Shown: positions 1 to 9,200 of the stretch, one piece after another | Numbering within the stretch: position 1 is the first letter of the stretch | Layout of the letters: every line of letters begins with the position of its first letter | From: a virus | Taxonomy: Duplodnaviria; Caudoviricetes | Length of the DNA: 24,348 nucleotides | Direction: 5' to 3' (one strand) | Virus record (IMG/VR): IMGVR_UViG_3300022822_000082 | Location: 1 to 24,348 of that record | Position numbers and translations under genes: made by a program | The notes under the pieces: model-generated | What the model was told of the DNA's origin: nothing | The model's database searches: none | The model's input: only the letters and a program-made list of their open reading frames with translations

Positions 1-3000
1 ATTGCGCACGATTTAGTAGTTCTCTTTCGCCCAAATCGCCTGTAATAGCGTTCGACACGCTAGGTGATAGTCTAATCATGAACGCTGTTTGCTTTGTTGT
101 ACTAACTGTAATACCAGTTTCCGAGTATGAGAAAATATAACCTCTATCTTCATCAAACCCACCGTCTGTAATCATTGCAGAACCCCAATGACTGATTAAC
201 GGAGTAATTGTCTGTGATATTAATATCACACCTGTTTTTGTTGAGTGTGATGTTGCTGCACCTGCTGTGTAACTTCTTACAGCGCCGCCTTGGAAGTTTG
301 TAAATGTTGCAGACCGTATGCATCCCGTTAGTGTATTATCTGTTCTGCCAGTAAACTGGATAATTTCGTTATCAATGTAAACTGTTCCGCGGTATGGAAA
401 AAACATGCCGTCGGCAGCGTCCAACAATATAGTAGTTTGACCAACTGTCATATCTGCTGCAAGTTTTCCGTTTGGTCCTTCGTTAGTAACTTCATAACGT
501 ACAGGCAAGTTACCTGATCGCATGAACGCTTCTGTGTTTACGTTCGAGTTACGCATTCTGTGTGCAAATACAAAGTTACCATCGCTGCCACGCAGCATAA
601 AGTCAATAAAACCAGCACCGTACCAACTGTATTGAATTCCGATCATCTGCATTTTAGCAATATCAATATCGTAGCCGCTTGGGCCTGTTCCGTCTAAACG
701 ATCTAAGTTAAAGTCTGCTTGTCTTGTACGCTTATCAAAAACTATCATTGCTTTAGCGCCAGTAACATTAGTGACGCCTCTAAAATCTGGTGTTACAGAT
801 AATTCAGATTGACTATCTACATGTGATACAACATGAGTCATACCTCGAATAATAATTCTATCACCTGCTTTTAACTGATCCCTAAATCTAGTGTTAGTTC
901 CTGTTACTAAGTTTTTATCAACATCGATCGCAATAGTTCCAGCTACTTGAAATGTACCAGTACGCTGTACTACGTTAATTTGTGTTCCGTCAAATTCCCA
1001 AAAGATTCCGTTTTGATCGTCAAAGATTCCTGATCGTACTGTTGCCCCGTGCCATGCAACAACACTCATTTGAGCGCCAAATCCTAGTACAGCCGATGTT
1101 GATCCTAATCGACGCTTTGATAATACTTTAAATGTTCTTTCGTCTACAACTTCTGTAACTGTGTAATCAAAATAAGGTGGAACTGCTGTTTCACTACCAC
1201 TGTTATATCCCGGAGTTTCTACGCCTAGCAATCGAATTATACCGTTAACTTGTACGCCGTGATCGTTGTCATCGGTTATAATAGTGATTTCTGATCCAAC
1301 TTCAATTGCGTCCGCTGTCACACTGCGTAAATCATATGAAGGAGCAAATAGAGCACCAGTAGTGTACATAATGCCTTTACCTGATTGGTAACGAATATAT
1401 TTTTTACTTTGACGAATTGCTTGTGCGCCATGCTGCGGACCACCTGTGCCTAATTGTACGCCGCCGTCAAATGGTCTGTGTACAAAGAAACTATCCGGTC
1501 TTGGATAAACTTCTCCCTGTATTTCATCAAGAGTTGTATCAATTGCACCAACAGCGCGTGCTTGGAATATTAAACTACTTACTGTAGGTATTGCAGTAGC
1601 AATATAAGAGCCTGCTGCTAAATTATGATTATTAAGAGTATCGTCTGATTTTACACTAGTAATAAATGTATCACCTGGCACTAATCCGTGGGCTGTACCA
1701 AATTCAACTTCAAGTGAAGCAATTGCACTAAATGTAATTGTTTCTCCAATTGCGATTGCACCAATGGTTGCTTCAGTTAATGTAACTGTTGATATTAAAT
1801 CAAAATTAGTTCCTGCTGATGCAATAGTCCATTCATCTGTTACCGAAGTTATTACTCCTGCAGTTTCTCCAGTTACTATAAATGTGATATCATTTAAAGG
1901 AGTAGCGCCGCCGATTACTGCTCCAGATATAATTAAACGATTTCCTACATAATAGCTATTACCTGCGTTTGCTAATCCAATAGTGTATGCAGAATTAGAT
2001 CTAATAATATTAAATGTTGCTCCAGTTCCATTGGCTTGTATATTTGATGGACTAATGTTAGTAAATGTTCCTGACCCTACAGGAGCCGATCCTGTAGGAG
2101 TAACTCCGGTAATTCCGCCTACATTACTAACAGAGTCTATTGTAATTGTTAAGTCGTTAGCAGGAGACCCGCCTCCAAGTTGTACACCATTTATTAAAAA
2201 TGTTTGATTTACTCCATAGTCAACTCCTGCATTTACTATAGTGTCAATGGTATATATTCCCGCAGCATAAGATATATCAAAGATTGCGTTGATTCCGGGA
2301 CTTATTGCCGAAGTAGCATTTACAGCATCACCAAAGTTATTTGCTGTTCCTGTTACAGTTGTTGCTGTAATTGCGCCAGTGCCGTCGACATTGTCAATGG
2401 TAATAGTACAATCATTTGCAGTAGAAAGTCCCCCTAATTGTGTGCCTGCAACTGTAATAGTTTCAGTTGGAAGAAACCCTGCGCCGTTACCGCCGCCTGC
2501 AAATGTAATACTGTATACTGCACCTAGTCTAGTAACCGAATAGTTTAGAGAAGTGCCTGACCCACTAGTAGTAAATGCAGGATTGTTATATAATTGTTGA
2601 GCATCCGGAGCAGTGCCTGAGGTTGTAACGCTAGTTATTTCGCCGTTGATGTCTATGCCGGCTACAGTAATTAATATGTTATTTTGCGGATCTATACCTA
2701 ATGGAGTTGCGCTAGTGCCTGATACTTTTATTCTATCATTTACTGAATAGCCAGTACCTGCTGTGCCTAACCCAATTGTTGCAACATCCATTGTAAAGTT
2801 AGCGGCGCCGCCGCCGCCTAATAAACTATCAGCAATAGTAATTGTGTTGTTAACTGCATGTCCTGATCCTGCTGTCTCTACTACTACACTTGTTACCAAG
2901 CCTGTTCCGTCAACTACAATATTAAAAGTGCCTACTGACCCTGTGCCTGAACTTGTACCAGTTACTCCATTGTATGTTCCTGCTGTTCTGGCTGCATCGG

Positions 3001-5074
3001 CTGCACCAAACGCATCCATTGTTAAGTGGCTGCCTGCTCCTGTTACTGTTACTGAAGTGTATACTCCAGCAGTATATTCAAAGTCAAATCTTGCGCCTAG
3101 CCCGTCATTGCCTTCAGTTCCTGGCGCTGTGAAGTTGTTGTAATCTCCTATTCCGTCAAACGCAGTACCGGTTATTACCAGTAATGATGTGACTGCCCCA
3201 GCAGTAGTTGATACTACCTGCAATGTTAAATCATTAGTGGGTGTCGAGCCGCCTAATAAATTACCCGAAACTAACACTCTATCTCCTACGGCATAATCTG
3301 TGCCCGGAATATCGATTGAATCAATAATATAACTTCCAGTAGAAGCAGTAATAGTTATTTCAAGGAATGTGCCAAATCCTTGAACAGTAGTCGCTGTTAC
3401 TGAATTATAAGATACTGTATTTCCAACAAGCTCGGCAGTAAATGGATCACTAAATGTAATATCATTACTTAGGATACTGTTAACATATATAGCGATGCCG
3501 TCACCGCGATCTACAGCTAAATTTTCAACAATGCCGGTAGCATCAATGACTGTTACGGTAGTAGTTCCCGGACCATACTCAGCCGTTAGAGCCGGAGTTA
3601 CATATGTGCCGCCGCCTGCACTTTGATCTATAATACCAGAAACTTGTGAGCCTAATGGAATATTTGCTTGCGACAAAGGAGAACCAATTTCTGGAGACTG
3701 TCCATCAAATGGAATTCTAACTTCGCCTGCTAGAACTCCTAGCTGCGTAACTAAAGATCCTGAACTACCATTACTTGCTACAGTAAATACTGGTGAGCCA
3801 ATTGACGCACCAGTATAAAATCCTGCTTCTCTTAACTGTGTATATCCAGTTGAAAGTACTTGACCTGCTACTGTGCCAACTTTTGCCTTGGCAAAATATT
3901 GGAAAGTATTTGCACTAGGAATATTTACAATAATAAACGTACCTTCGGCTCTTGCTGCACCCGCAATACTATTTTCTAACGCCTTGAGACTTATCGGAGT
4001 ACCAATTATAAACCCATGTGAACTAATCGTTGTAACAGTAATTAATGATTGGCCAATTCCTTCTGTTCCTGATGATGCATCACTTATTACTGATAATACT
4101 GATGCATCTGTGCCTGGAATTTCGTATACGCTGGGATAGCCGCGCATAGTTGAAATAGCGCTCCACTTAGTAGGCTGTAGTCCGTATTCAAAGTCAGCAT
4201 CCAGCATAGAAACTGGTAGTGCAGCGCGTGGGCGCTCAATAGCATCAGTGCCAAAATCGTATGGCCGTGTTCTTACTTCTTTTCCTTCTACAAATATTTG
4301 TACATCATCTGTTGACAAATGCGTGCTAGTATTGTAATTTAATTTAATTGTAGTTACACCGTCGGTGGTTTGTAAATATTTTACAAAATCGTCATCAGAA
4401 CCACTGTCTTTTACGGTAAGCGTGGCGCCAGTTACTGAGTTAGTAAAGTTATATATTACCTCGCTTCTAGTACTGTTAGTAATCAGCAATAGGTCGTCAA
4501 TTCCATATCGGCCTTGAATTTTAATAGTGCCTACACCGGTTGGTATAGCAGTTGGCATACTGCTTAACCCATTTGTTATAACAGCAACAGTATTTAAAAC
4601 TAGTGTAGAAATCACAGTAGCTGCGCCGGCTTCGGCAACGTTGCCTGTTAAAGTTTGTGTAACTTGGGTGTTTGATGCACTATACGCTATTTTAGTAAAA
4701 ATATAGTCAGTAATTAACGTACCAATGAATGTATGTGTTTGTATTTCAGGTTGACGATCTCCGTCAACTTGTGCAACATCTTGATCCCAGTAATATTTAA
4801 TAACATTTCTTAAATGTTCGTTGCCGCCGTAACGCAAGTCGCTAAGATATGCATCAACTATGTACCCGACATCTCTTTCATACTTTGCTTGATTATAAGT
4901 ATACCCTACGAATCCAGTCACATTTGCGTCAACTTGATCCTGTATCCATGCAGTAGCTTCTTTTTGTATAAAACTTTTGTTAGCTGTTAATAAGCTATAA
5001 GCATTTGGAAAAAGATTGTCGTTTGCTCCAATTCCAGGTTTAAATACATAATTTTTTATTTGCGTCTTTGCCAT
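1..5074 (-). CDS. Giant virion structural/tail-fibre protein, >1690 aa, 3' end beyond the window (absent from supplied ORF track)
   Basis: Manual translation from ATG at 5074 (MAKTQIKNYVFKPGIGAND...) stays open to the window edge (...GDLGERELLNRAQ), with the same frame at both ends. Contains an N-terminal LLLITNSTRSEVIYNF segment, DADFEYGLQPTKW, Gly/Thr-rich beta repeats and a C-terminal RQSKKYIRYQSGKG...GIFDDQNG...YSWYGAG...SGNLPVRYE domain of the type seen in large-phage virion proteins. Confidence 0.9.
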   Translation of the reverse strand, partial: MAKTQIKNYVFKPGIGANDNLFPNAYSLLTANKSFIQKEATAWIQDQVDANVTGFVGYTYNQAKYERDVGYIVDAYLSDLRYGGNEHLRNVIKYYWDQDVAQVDGDRQPEIQTHTFIGTLITDYIFTKIAYSASNTQVTQTLTGNVAEAGAATVISTLVLNTVAVITNGLSSMPTAIPTGVGTIKIQGRYGIDDLLLITNSTRSEVIYNFTNSVTGATLTVKDSGSDDDFVKYLQTTDGVTTIKLNYNTSTHLSTDDVQIFVEGKEVRTRPYDFGTDAIERPRAALPVSMLDADFEYGLQPTKWSAISTMRGYPSVYEIPGTDASVLSVISDASSGTEGIGQSLITVTTISSHGFIIGTPISLKALENSIAGAARAEGTFIIVNIPSANTFQYFAKAKVGTVAGQVLSTGYTQLREAGFYTGASIGSPVFTVASNGSSGSLVTQLGVLAGEVRIPFDGQSPEIGSPLSQANIPLGSQVSGIIDQSAGGGTYVTPALTAEYGPGTTTVTVIDATGIVENLAVDRGDGIAIYVNSILSNDITFSDPFTAELVGNTVSYNSVTATTVQGFGTFLEITITASTGSYIIDSIDIPGTDYAVGDRVLVSGNLLGGSTPTNDLTLQVVSTTAGAVTSLLVITGTAFDGIGDYNNFTAPGTEGNDGLGARFDFEYTAGVYTSVTVTGAGSHLTMDAFGAADAARTAGTYNGVTGTSSGTGSVGTFNIVVDGTGLVTSVVVETAGSGHAVNNTITIADSLLGGGGAANFTMDVATIGLGTAGTGYSVNDRIKVSGTSATPLGIDPQNNILITVAGIDINGEITSVTTSGTAPDAQQLYNNPAFTTSGSGTSLNYSVTRLGAVYSITFAGGGNGAGFLPTETITVAGTQLGGLSTANDCTITIDNVDGTGAITATTVTGTANNFGDAVNATSAISPGINAIFDISYAAGIYTIDTIVNAGVDYGVNQTFLINGVQLGGGSPANDLTITIDSVSNVGGITGVTPTGSAPVGSGTFTNISPSNIQANGTGATFNIIRSNSAYTIGLANAGNSYYVGNRLIISGAVIGGATPLNDITFIVTGETAGVITSVTDEWTIASAGTNFDLISTVTLTEATIGAIAIGETITFSAIASLEVEFGTAHGLVPGDTFITSVKSDDTLNNHNLAAGSYIATAIPTVSSLIFQARAVGAIDTTLDEIQGEVYPRPDSFFVHRPFDGGVQLGTGGPQHGAQAIRQSKKYIRYQSGKGIMYTTGALFAPSYDLRSVTADAIEVGSEITIITDDNDHGVQVNGIIRLLGVETPGYNSGSETAVPPYFDYTVTEVVDERTFKVLSKRRLGSTSAVLGFGAQMSVVAWHGATVRSGIFDDQNGIFWEFDGTQINVVQRTGTFQVAGTIAIDVDKNLVTGTNTRFRDQLKAGDRIIIRGMTHVVSHVDSQSELSVTPDFRGVTNVTGAKAMIVFDKRTRQADFNLDRLDGTGPSGYDIDIAKMQMIGIQYSWYGAGFIDFMLRGSDGNFVFAHRMRNSNVNTEAFMRSGNLPVRYEVTNEGPNGKLAADMTVGQTTILLDAADGMFFPYRGTVYIDNEIIQFTGRTDNTLTGCIRSATFTNFQGGAVRSYTAGAATSHSTKTGVILISQTITPLISHWGSAMITDGGFDEDRGYIFSYSETGITVSTTKQTAFMIRLSPSVSNAITGDLGERELLNRAQ
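1840..3400 (-). repeat. About 5 tandem ~90-100 aa Gly/Thr-rich beta-sandwich-like protein repeats
   Basis: Recurring motif G-x-x-Y/F-x-x-x-D/E...LGG-x-x-P-x-ND-L/I-T: GTDYAVGDRVLVSGNLLGGSTPTNDLTL, GTGYSVNDRIKVSG, GAGFLPTETITVAGTQLGGLSTANDCTI, GVDYGVNQTFLINGVQLGGGSPANDLTI, GNSYYVGNRLIISGAVIGGATPLNDITF. Confidence 0.75.
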
Positions 5075-5077
5075 ATT

Positions 5078-5908
5078 TTATAATCCAAATGCTATTGCTA
5101 ATGATGTTGCAGTATTATCAACATATGTTTTGTTAGTTATGCTAGTGCCAATGTTACTAACCGTTGCAGTTGTTGCTGTAGTAAATGCAGCAGTTGCAGG
5201 AGTTGATGTACCAATAGCACTATTCTCAATACTACTATTTACAATATTACTAGTATTTATTGTAATTGATAATCCGGTATTATTAATTACACCAACTAAA
5301 TTGTTTTCTATTAATAATTTAATTTCATTTCCAGCACTAAATACCAAATTAGTTTCTGAAGTAAGTTGCGGAATTCCCACGCCAGCAAGTATAAGATTGC
5401 CTTCAATAGTTAAATCATTGCTTATGGTGGCATTACTAAATAACCCTGCAGGATTAATTACATTAATTTTTCCAGTTGCCGATAATCCATTAGAATAATA
5501 AAGTACACTAGGAGCTGATAGAGGAATAGTAAATGAAAGTGAACCAGATGATAATCCTTGTGCCGCTGCACCTGTAGCGCCGCTGCTGTGTATTAGTCCA
5601 CTATTAAAATTAGTTTCTTGATTGCCTTCTTTTATATAAAACTGCAAGCTAGATAATGTTAAATTAAAAACATAAGTAGCTCCTCTTGCTAACGTTATTT
5701 CAGGGTTATCGCCGAGCACTTCTTGTATTCTAAATACAGTGTCAGCTGTTTCGTCTGTGACAGTAAAATTAGAAATAATATTAGAAGTTTCTGGTACTCC
5801 TGATACTGATATACTTGACGCGACAATATTACCTTCTGCGTCAACAGAAAATCCAGGAGATTTAAATCCATGTTGTGATTGAAAAGAGTTGTTGTTTGCT
5901 AGTTTCAT
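5078..5908 (-). CDS. Putative virion fibre/adaptor protein with a degenerate cupredoxin-like domain
   Basis: 276 aa with GGAGG RBS. Contains ITLARGATYVF...FTIPLSAPSVLYY and ends in TNKTYVD...SLAIAFGL, typical of phage fibre proteins. Only 3 nt separate it from the next gene. Confidence 0.75.
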   Translation of the reverse strand: MKLANNNSFQSQHGFKSPGFSVDAEGNIVASSISVSGVPETSNIISNFTVTDETADTVFRIQEVLGDNPEITLARGATYVFNLTLSSLQFYIKEGNQETNFNSGLIHSSGATGAAAQGLSSGSLSFTIPLSAPSVLYYSNGLSATGKINVINPAGLFSNATISNDLTIEGNLILAGVGIPQLTSETNLVFSAGNEIKLLIENNLVGVINNTGLSITINTSNIVNSSIENSAIGTSTPATAAFTTATTATVSNIGTSITNKTYVDNTATSLAIAFGL

Positions 5909-5927
5909 TAATGCCTCCTACGCATAG

Positions 5928-5935
5928 TATTTACC
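5928..5935 (-). promoter_or_regulatory. Putative T4-type late promoter variant (GGTAAATA)
   Basis: TAAATA core about 20 nt upstream of the ATG at 5908, in an intergenic gap. Confidence 0.45.
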
Positions 5936-5953
5936 AAAATACGCAGGTACGAC

Positions 5954-6352
5954 TTAAAGAGGATTCTGATTACGAAAATAATTAACTGTATAGATTAATT
6001 TTGAATTAGACGTTTTTATATTAGTAGGCGATGCATGTAGCTCTAGGTATGAATCATTAACTCTAACTTCTAAATTTATAAGACTTAGATTAGTAGCATT
6101 TCTTGCATAAATTACTACATTAGCATCATTTGTAGCAGCAGTAATAAGACATTTTACTATCTCTTTGTTAGCAGTATTAAGATCAGCTGATATTGTGTAT
6201 TCAGCTGATCCTATATCACCTATATGCCATTTATCAATAAGTGTTTTTTCAGTTAATAAAATATAAGGGCCTGCATGCGAAAATTTTGCATTATCTTTTA
6301 GTTCAAGACTGTTTTTAACTCCAGTACTAAAAAATTTTGAAAGATTAAACAT
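5954..6352 (-). CDS. Hypothetical, probably a small structural beta protein
   Basis: 132 aa with AGGAG RBS. The IDKW...SAEYTI...E...L...A....YA pattern resembles a small domain recurrent in large-phage virion proteins. Confidence 0.7.
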   Translation of the reverse strand: MFNLSKFFSTGVKNSLELKDNAKFSHAGPYILLTEKTLIDKWHIGDIGSAEYTISADLNTANKEIVKCLITAATNDANVVIYARNATNLSLINLEVRVNDSYLELHASPTNIKTSNSKLIYTVNYFRNQNPL

Positions 6353-6374
6353 TCACAGGCTCCTTTATATATTA

Positions 6375-6382
6375 TATTTATG
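6375..6382 (-). promoter_or_regulatory. Putative late promoter (CATAAATA)
   Basis: Matches NATAAATA. It overlaps the carbamoyltransferase stop codon, about 23 nt before the next ATG. Confidence 0.5.
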
Positions 6383-8192
6383 TATTCTTCACAGTAATTA
6401 ACTTACCATGTTCAGGAAGATACAAATACTCAATTCTGCAATTCTCTAATGTACGAATAGCATCATCTAGTGTTTCGACTAACGGCTCGCCACCTAAATT
6501 AAAGCTAGTATTAAAGATAATTGGACACCCTGTCTTTTCTTTAAACGTTTTGATAATATCATAGTAATGCGGATTTTGCTCTCTGTTAACTGTTTGAATT
6601 CTGCAAGTTCCGTCTATGTGAATAATAGCAGGAATCTTTTCTTCAACACCCGGTTGGCATTTAACAGCATACATCATTGTAGGCGCATCTTTCATACCGC
6701 GTAAGTCAAACCATTCATGCACATCTTCTTCTAATATACTTCCTGCAAACGGACGGAAGTATTCACGATGTTTAATTTCGTTAACAAAGTCTTTGCCGTC
6801 TTTGAATGTAGGATCAAACATTAAACTTCTATTACCTAATGCACGTGGGCCGTTCTCTGAACGTCCTTGAAAGTTGGCAACAATATTTTTGCTGGTAATT
6901 AATTCAATAACATCTGCGTGTGTTGCGTCGGTTACTTCTGCATTGTATTTTGCAGCTATACTTATAATATCATCTTTAGTATAGTGTTGCTCAGGGCCTA
7001 AAAATACAGTATCTTGCTTAGGATGTACAGTAGTGTCTTCTGTAACTAGTCTATATTGTAACATTGCAGCACCCATTGCTGTTCCTGCATCATTAGATAT
7101 TGGCTCTGCATAAAAATTAATTCCTAACTCATTTAATTTTGTTAAGAAGTAGTAATTAGCAACACAATTTAAACCATAACCGCCTGAGAATACAACATTT
7201 TTATTTCCAGTTATTTCTACAGATTTTATAATTAAGTCTAAAACCACATCTTGTGTTTGCGTTTGGCATGCATATGCTAAATCTCGTCTGCTTTGAAGTA
7301 ATGTTACATCTTCGTCAGGTTGATTACCTGTAATACTTGCTGATATAGGATAACGTAAATCTTTGTAAGGTGCAGCGTTAATTATAGAACCTCTAGGGTA
7401 GTTTGGTATAACAATGCTACGGTTACTTTTTGTAAGATTGTCAGTTTTCTCAAACAATGGGGGTATGTTATCGTTTGGTTTACCATAAGGAAAAAGTCCC
7501 ATAGTTTTGCCAGCTTCGATAGAACTAAATCCGCAATATTCTGTAACTCCTTCGTACACTTTTACAATTCCTGAATTTTCAGTAATAACAAGTTCATACT
7601 CGTCAGTTCCGTCAGATGCCATATGCATGATAGTTTCAATTGGGCCTTTTGTACCAATATGTTTATATACTGTTTTTATGCTTGCAGGATATTTACAATG
7701 GAACACTGTTTCAGTTTCCCAACCTGCTTGCACGTCAGGAGCAAACGGAAATTCAAACGGATACAACGTGCCGGCACCATCTACAACAACCGCTGTAGCA
7801 GATTTAAACCCACTTCTATAAAATGCACAGGCTGCATGTAGTTTATGATGGTGATGAGCCATGTCAATTAACTGAGGATGGTTATTTGGATCACCATTAA
7901 AGCGTTCAATAAGTCCAATTTTTCTAGCTAAACTAGTGTATATGTTTTCACCTGTATAATCAGTTCTAACATAATTATCGTTAGCTAAGTGACTAGTGTG
8001 TGCTACTACAAGATAATCTATTTTGTCAGTATACTCTAAAATTTTAAGCATTGACGCAAACGGGGTTCCGTCATATTTTGATCTAGTTAGGCGTTCTTCC
8101 TCAATAGAAAAAACAATCTCGCCATCTTTTAATAAACAGACACCTGCGTTGTGTCCTCGTGTGATACCTGCAATATATCCGGTCTTATTCAT
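6378..8192 (-). CDS. O-carbamoyltransferase, NodU/CmcH/TobZ family
   Basis: Family motifs: GH(N)AG...EEERLTRSK, HHKLHAACAFY, VVDGAG, EAGKTMGLFPYG, SGGYGLNCVAN, NDAGTAMGAA, GRSENGPRALGNRS, KHREYFRPFA, HIDGTCRIQTV, NTSFNLGGEP. Confidence 0.95.
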   Translation of the reverse strand: MNKTGYIAGITRGHNAGVCLLKDGEIVFSIEEERLTRSKYDGTPFASMLKILEYTDKIDYLVVAHTSHLANDNYVRTDYTGENIYTSLARKIGLIERFNGDPNNHPQLIDMAHHHHKLHAACAFYRSGFKSATAVVVDGAGTLYPFEFPFAPDVQAGWETETVFHCKYPASIKTVYKHIGTKGPIETIMHMASDGTDEYELVITENSGIVKVYEGVTEYCGFSSIEAGKTMGLFPYGKPNDNIPPLFEKTDNLTKSNRSIVIPNYPRGSIINAAPYKDLRYPISASITGNQPDEDVTLLQSRRDLAYACQTQTQDVVLDLIIKSVEITGNKNVVFSGGYGLNCVANYYFLTKLNELGINFYAEPISNDAGTAMGAAMLQYRLVTEDTTVHPKQDTVFLGPEQHYTKDDIISIAAKYNAEVTDATHADVIELITSKNIVANFQGRSENGPRALGNRSLMFDPTFKDGKDFVNEIKHREYFRPFAGSILEEDVHEWFDLRGMKDAPTMMYAVKCQPGVEEKIPAIIHIDGTCRIQTVNREQNPHYYDIIKTFKEKTGCPIIFNTSFNLGGEPLVETLDDAIRTLENCRIEYLYLPEHGKLITVKNT

Positions 8193-9123
8193 CTGTTTGT
8201 CTTCCTAGTATAGTATCAATAACATAATCTTGTATTTCAACAGTCATAGTCATAATATTTTCATTATGTCTCGAAGTTGTCTCGTCGGGCAAAATTCTAA
8301 TTGGATCATACATTCGATTATGCATGCCTAAATCAATAATATTAAAGTTATCAACATTTGGGTAGGAAACATTTACCGGAAAGGTTGACCCTGTTACTAT
8401 AGTCGATGTTGTGCCAACCATATACGATAAATGTTGTCCTACACTATCACATCCTAAAAAGTGATCAGCATATTTTATTATTGCAGCCCATTGCCGTAAA
8501 GATACCTTTTCTGGCATTGCAACTTCATCGTTGAATTTTTCTTTAGAAAAATCAAAAGCCATTTCTGCCATCAAAATTACTACAAACTTTTCTGCCTGTA
8601 GCGCCCTAATAAATGCTTTTAGATCTTTATATTCAATACTACGTCCGCTTGAGTCAACAAACGATCCGTCAATATGTTGCATCCCTCTGCCAAACGGCTG
8701 TATAACAATTACTTTATCTTTTTTTACTTTTTCTTTTACATCTGCCACAAGTTTTCTACCTACTAAGAGTTCTTCTTTACTAAGATTCATAGTAGGCTTT
8801 GGTAAATCCCTAATGCCTTTGTTATTAATTTGTATATCAAACGCCTGAGATAAACTACATTCTTGATTATAGTATTCAAAAATTCTATAAGGTTCTGTTG
8901 ATATAATTTCTCTATTTTTAAGTTTTTCTTTAAAAATATTTTTTTGCCATACATCGTATGCTTTGTCATCTAATAAGGGATGACCTTTGTATGCATCAGT
9001 GCCGCCTTCGCAAACAATAATAAAATCATCGTCGCCGGATTCTGATGCGTATAATTCCAGTGCAGGAATAGAACAAACCATTCTGCCATATCCACCGTTC
9101 ACAAAAAACGCTTTCGATCTCAT
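8185..9123 (-). CDS. GT-B fold glycosyltransferase, GT9 (heptosyltransferase)-like
   Basis: N-terminal GGYGRMVCSIPAL (cf. GxGD of GT9), VIVIQPFG, and SLRQWAAIIKYADHFLGCDSVGQHL (cf. GT9 'l.e.aali..ad.fig.DSG..HlA'). Overlaps the carbamoyltransferase by 8 nt. Confidence 0.75.
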   Translation of the reverse strand: MRSKAFFVNGGYGRMVCSIPALELYASESGDDDFIIVCEGGTDAYKGHPLLDDKAYDVWQKNIFKEKLKNREIISTEPYRIFEYYNQECSLSQAFDIQINNKGIRDLPKPTMNLSKEELLVGRKLVADVKEKVKKDKVIVIQPFGRGMQHIDGSFVDSSGRSIEYKDLKAFIRALQAEKFVVILMAEMAFDFSKEKFNDEVAMPEKVSLRQWAAIIKYADHFLGCDSVGQHLSYMVGTTSTIVTGSTFPVNVSYPNVDNFNIIDLGMHNRMYDPIRILPDETTSRHNENIMTMTVEIQDYVIDTILGRQTDE

Positions 9124-9182
9124 ATGTAACCTCTCTAAAGTATATCTAATAATACTTATCGAGGTCGATCAAAAGCGTTTTT
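9104..9182 (-). promoter_or_regulatory. Long RNA hairpin occluding the glycosyltransferase RBS/start, with internal GATAAGTA late-promoter-like motif (9160-9153)
   Basis: Three stacked stems: 9182-9167 pairs with 9119-9104 (16 bp, one G-U); GACCUC 9166-9161 pairs with GAGGUU 9133-9128 (contains the SD); AAGUAU 9157-9152 pairs with AUACUU 9143-9138; 8-nt loop. Confidence 0.75.
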
Positions 9183-9200
9183 AAATTTGGCTTGCTAAGA

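Noticed and set aside
5919-5945. Small tacgca direct repeat and gtattt/aaatac hairpin
   Set aside because: Too short and AT-rich to distinguish from chance.
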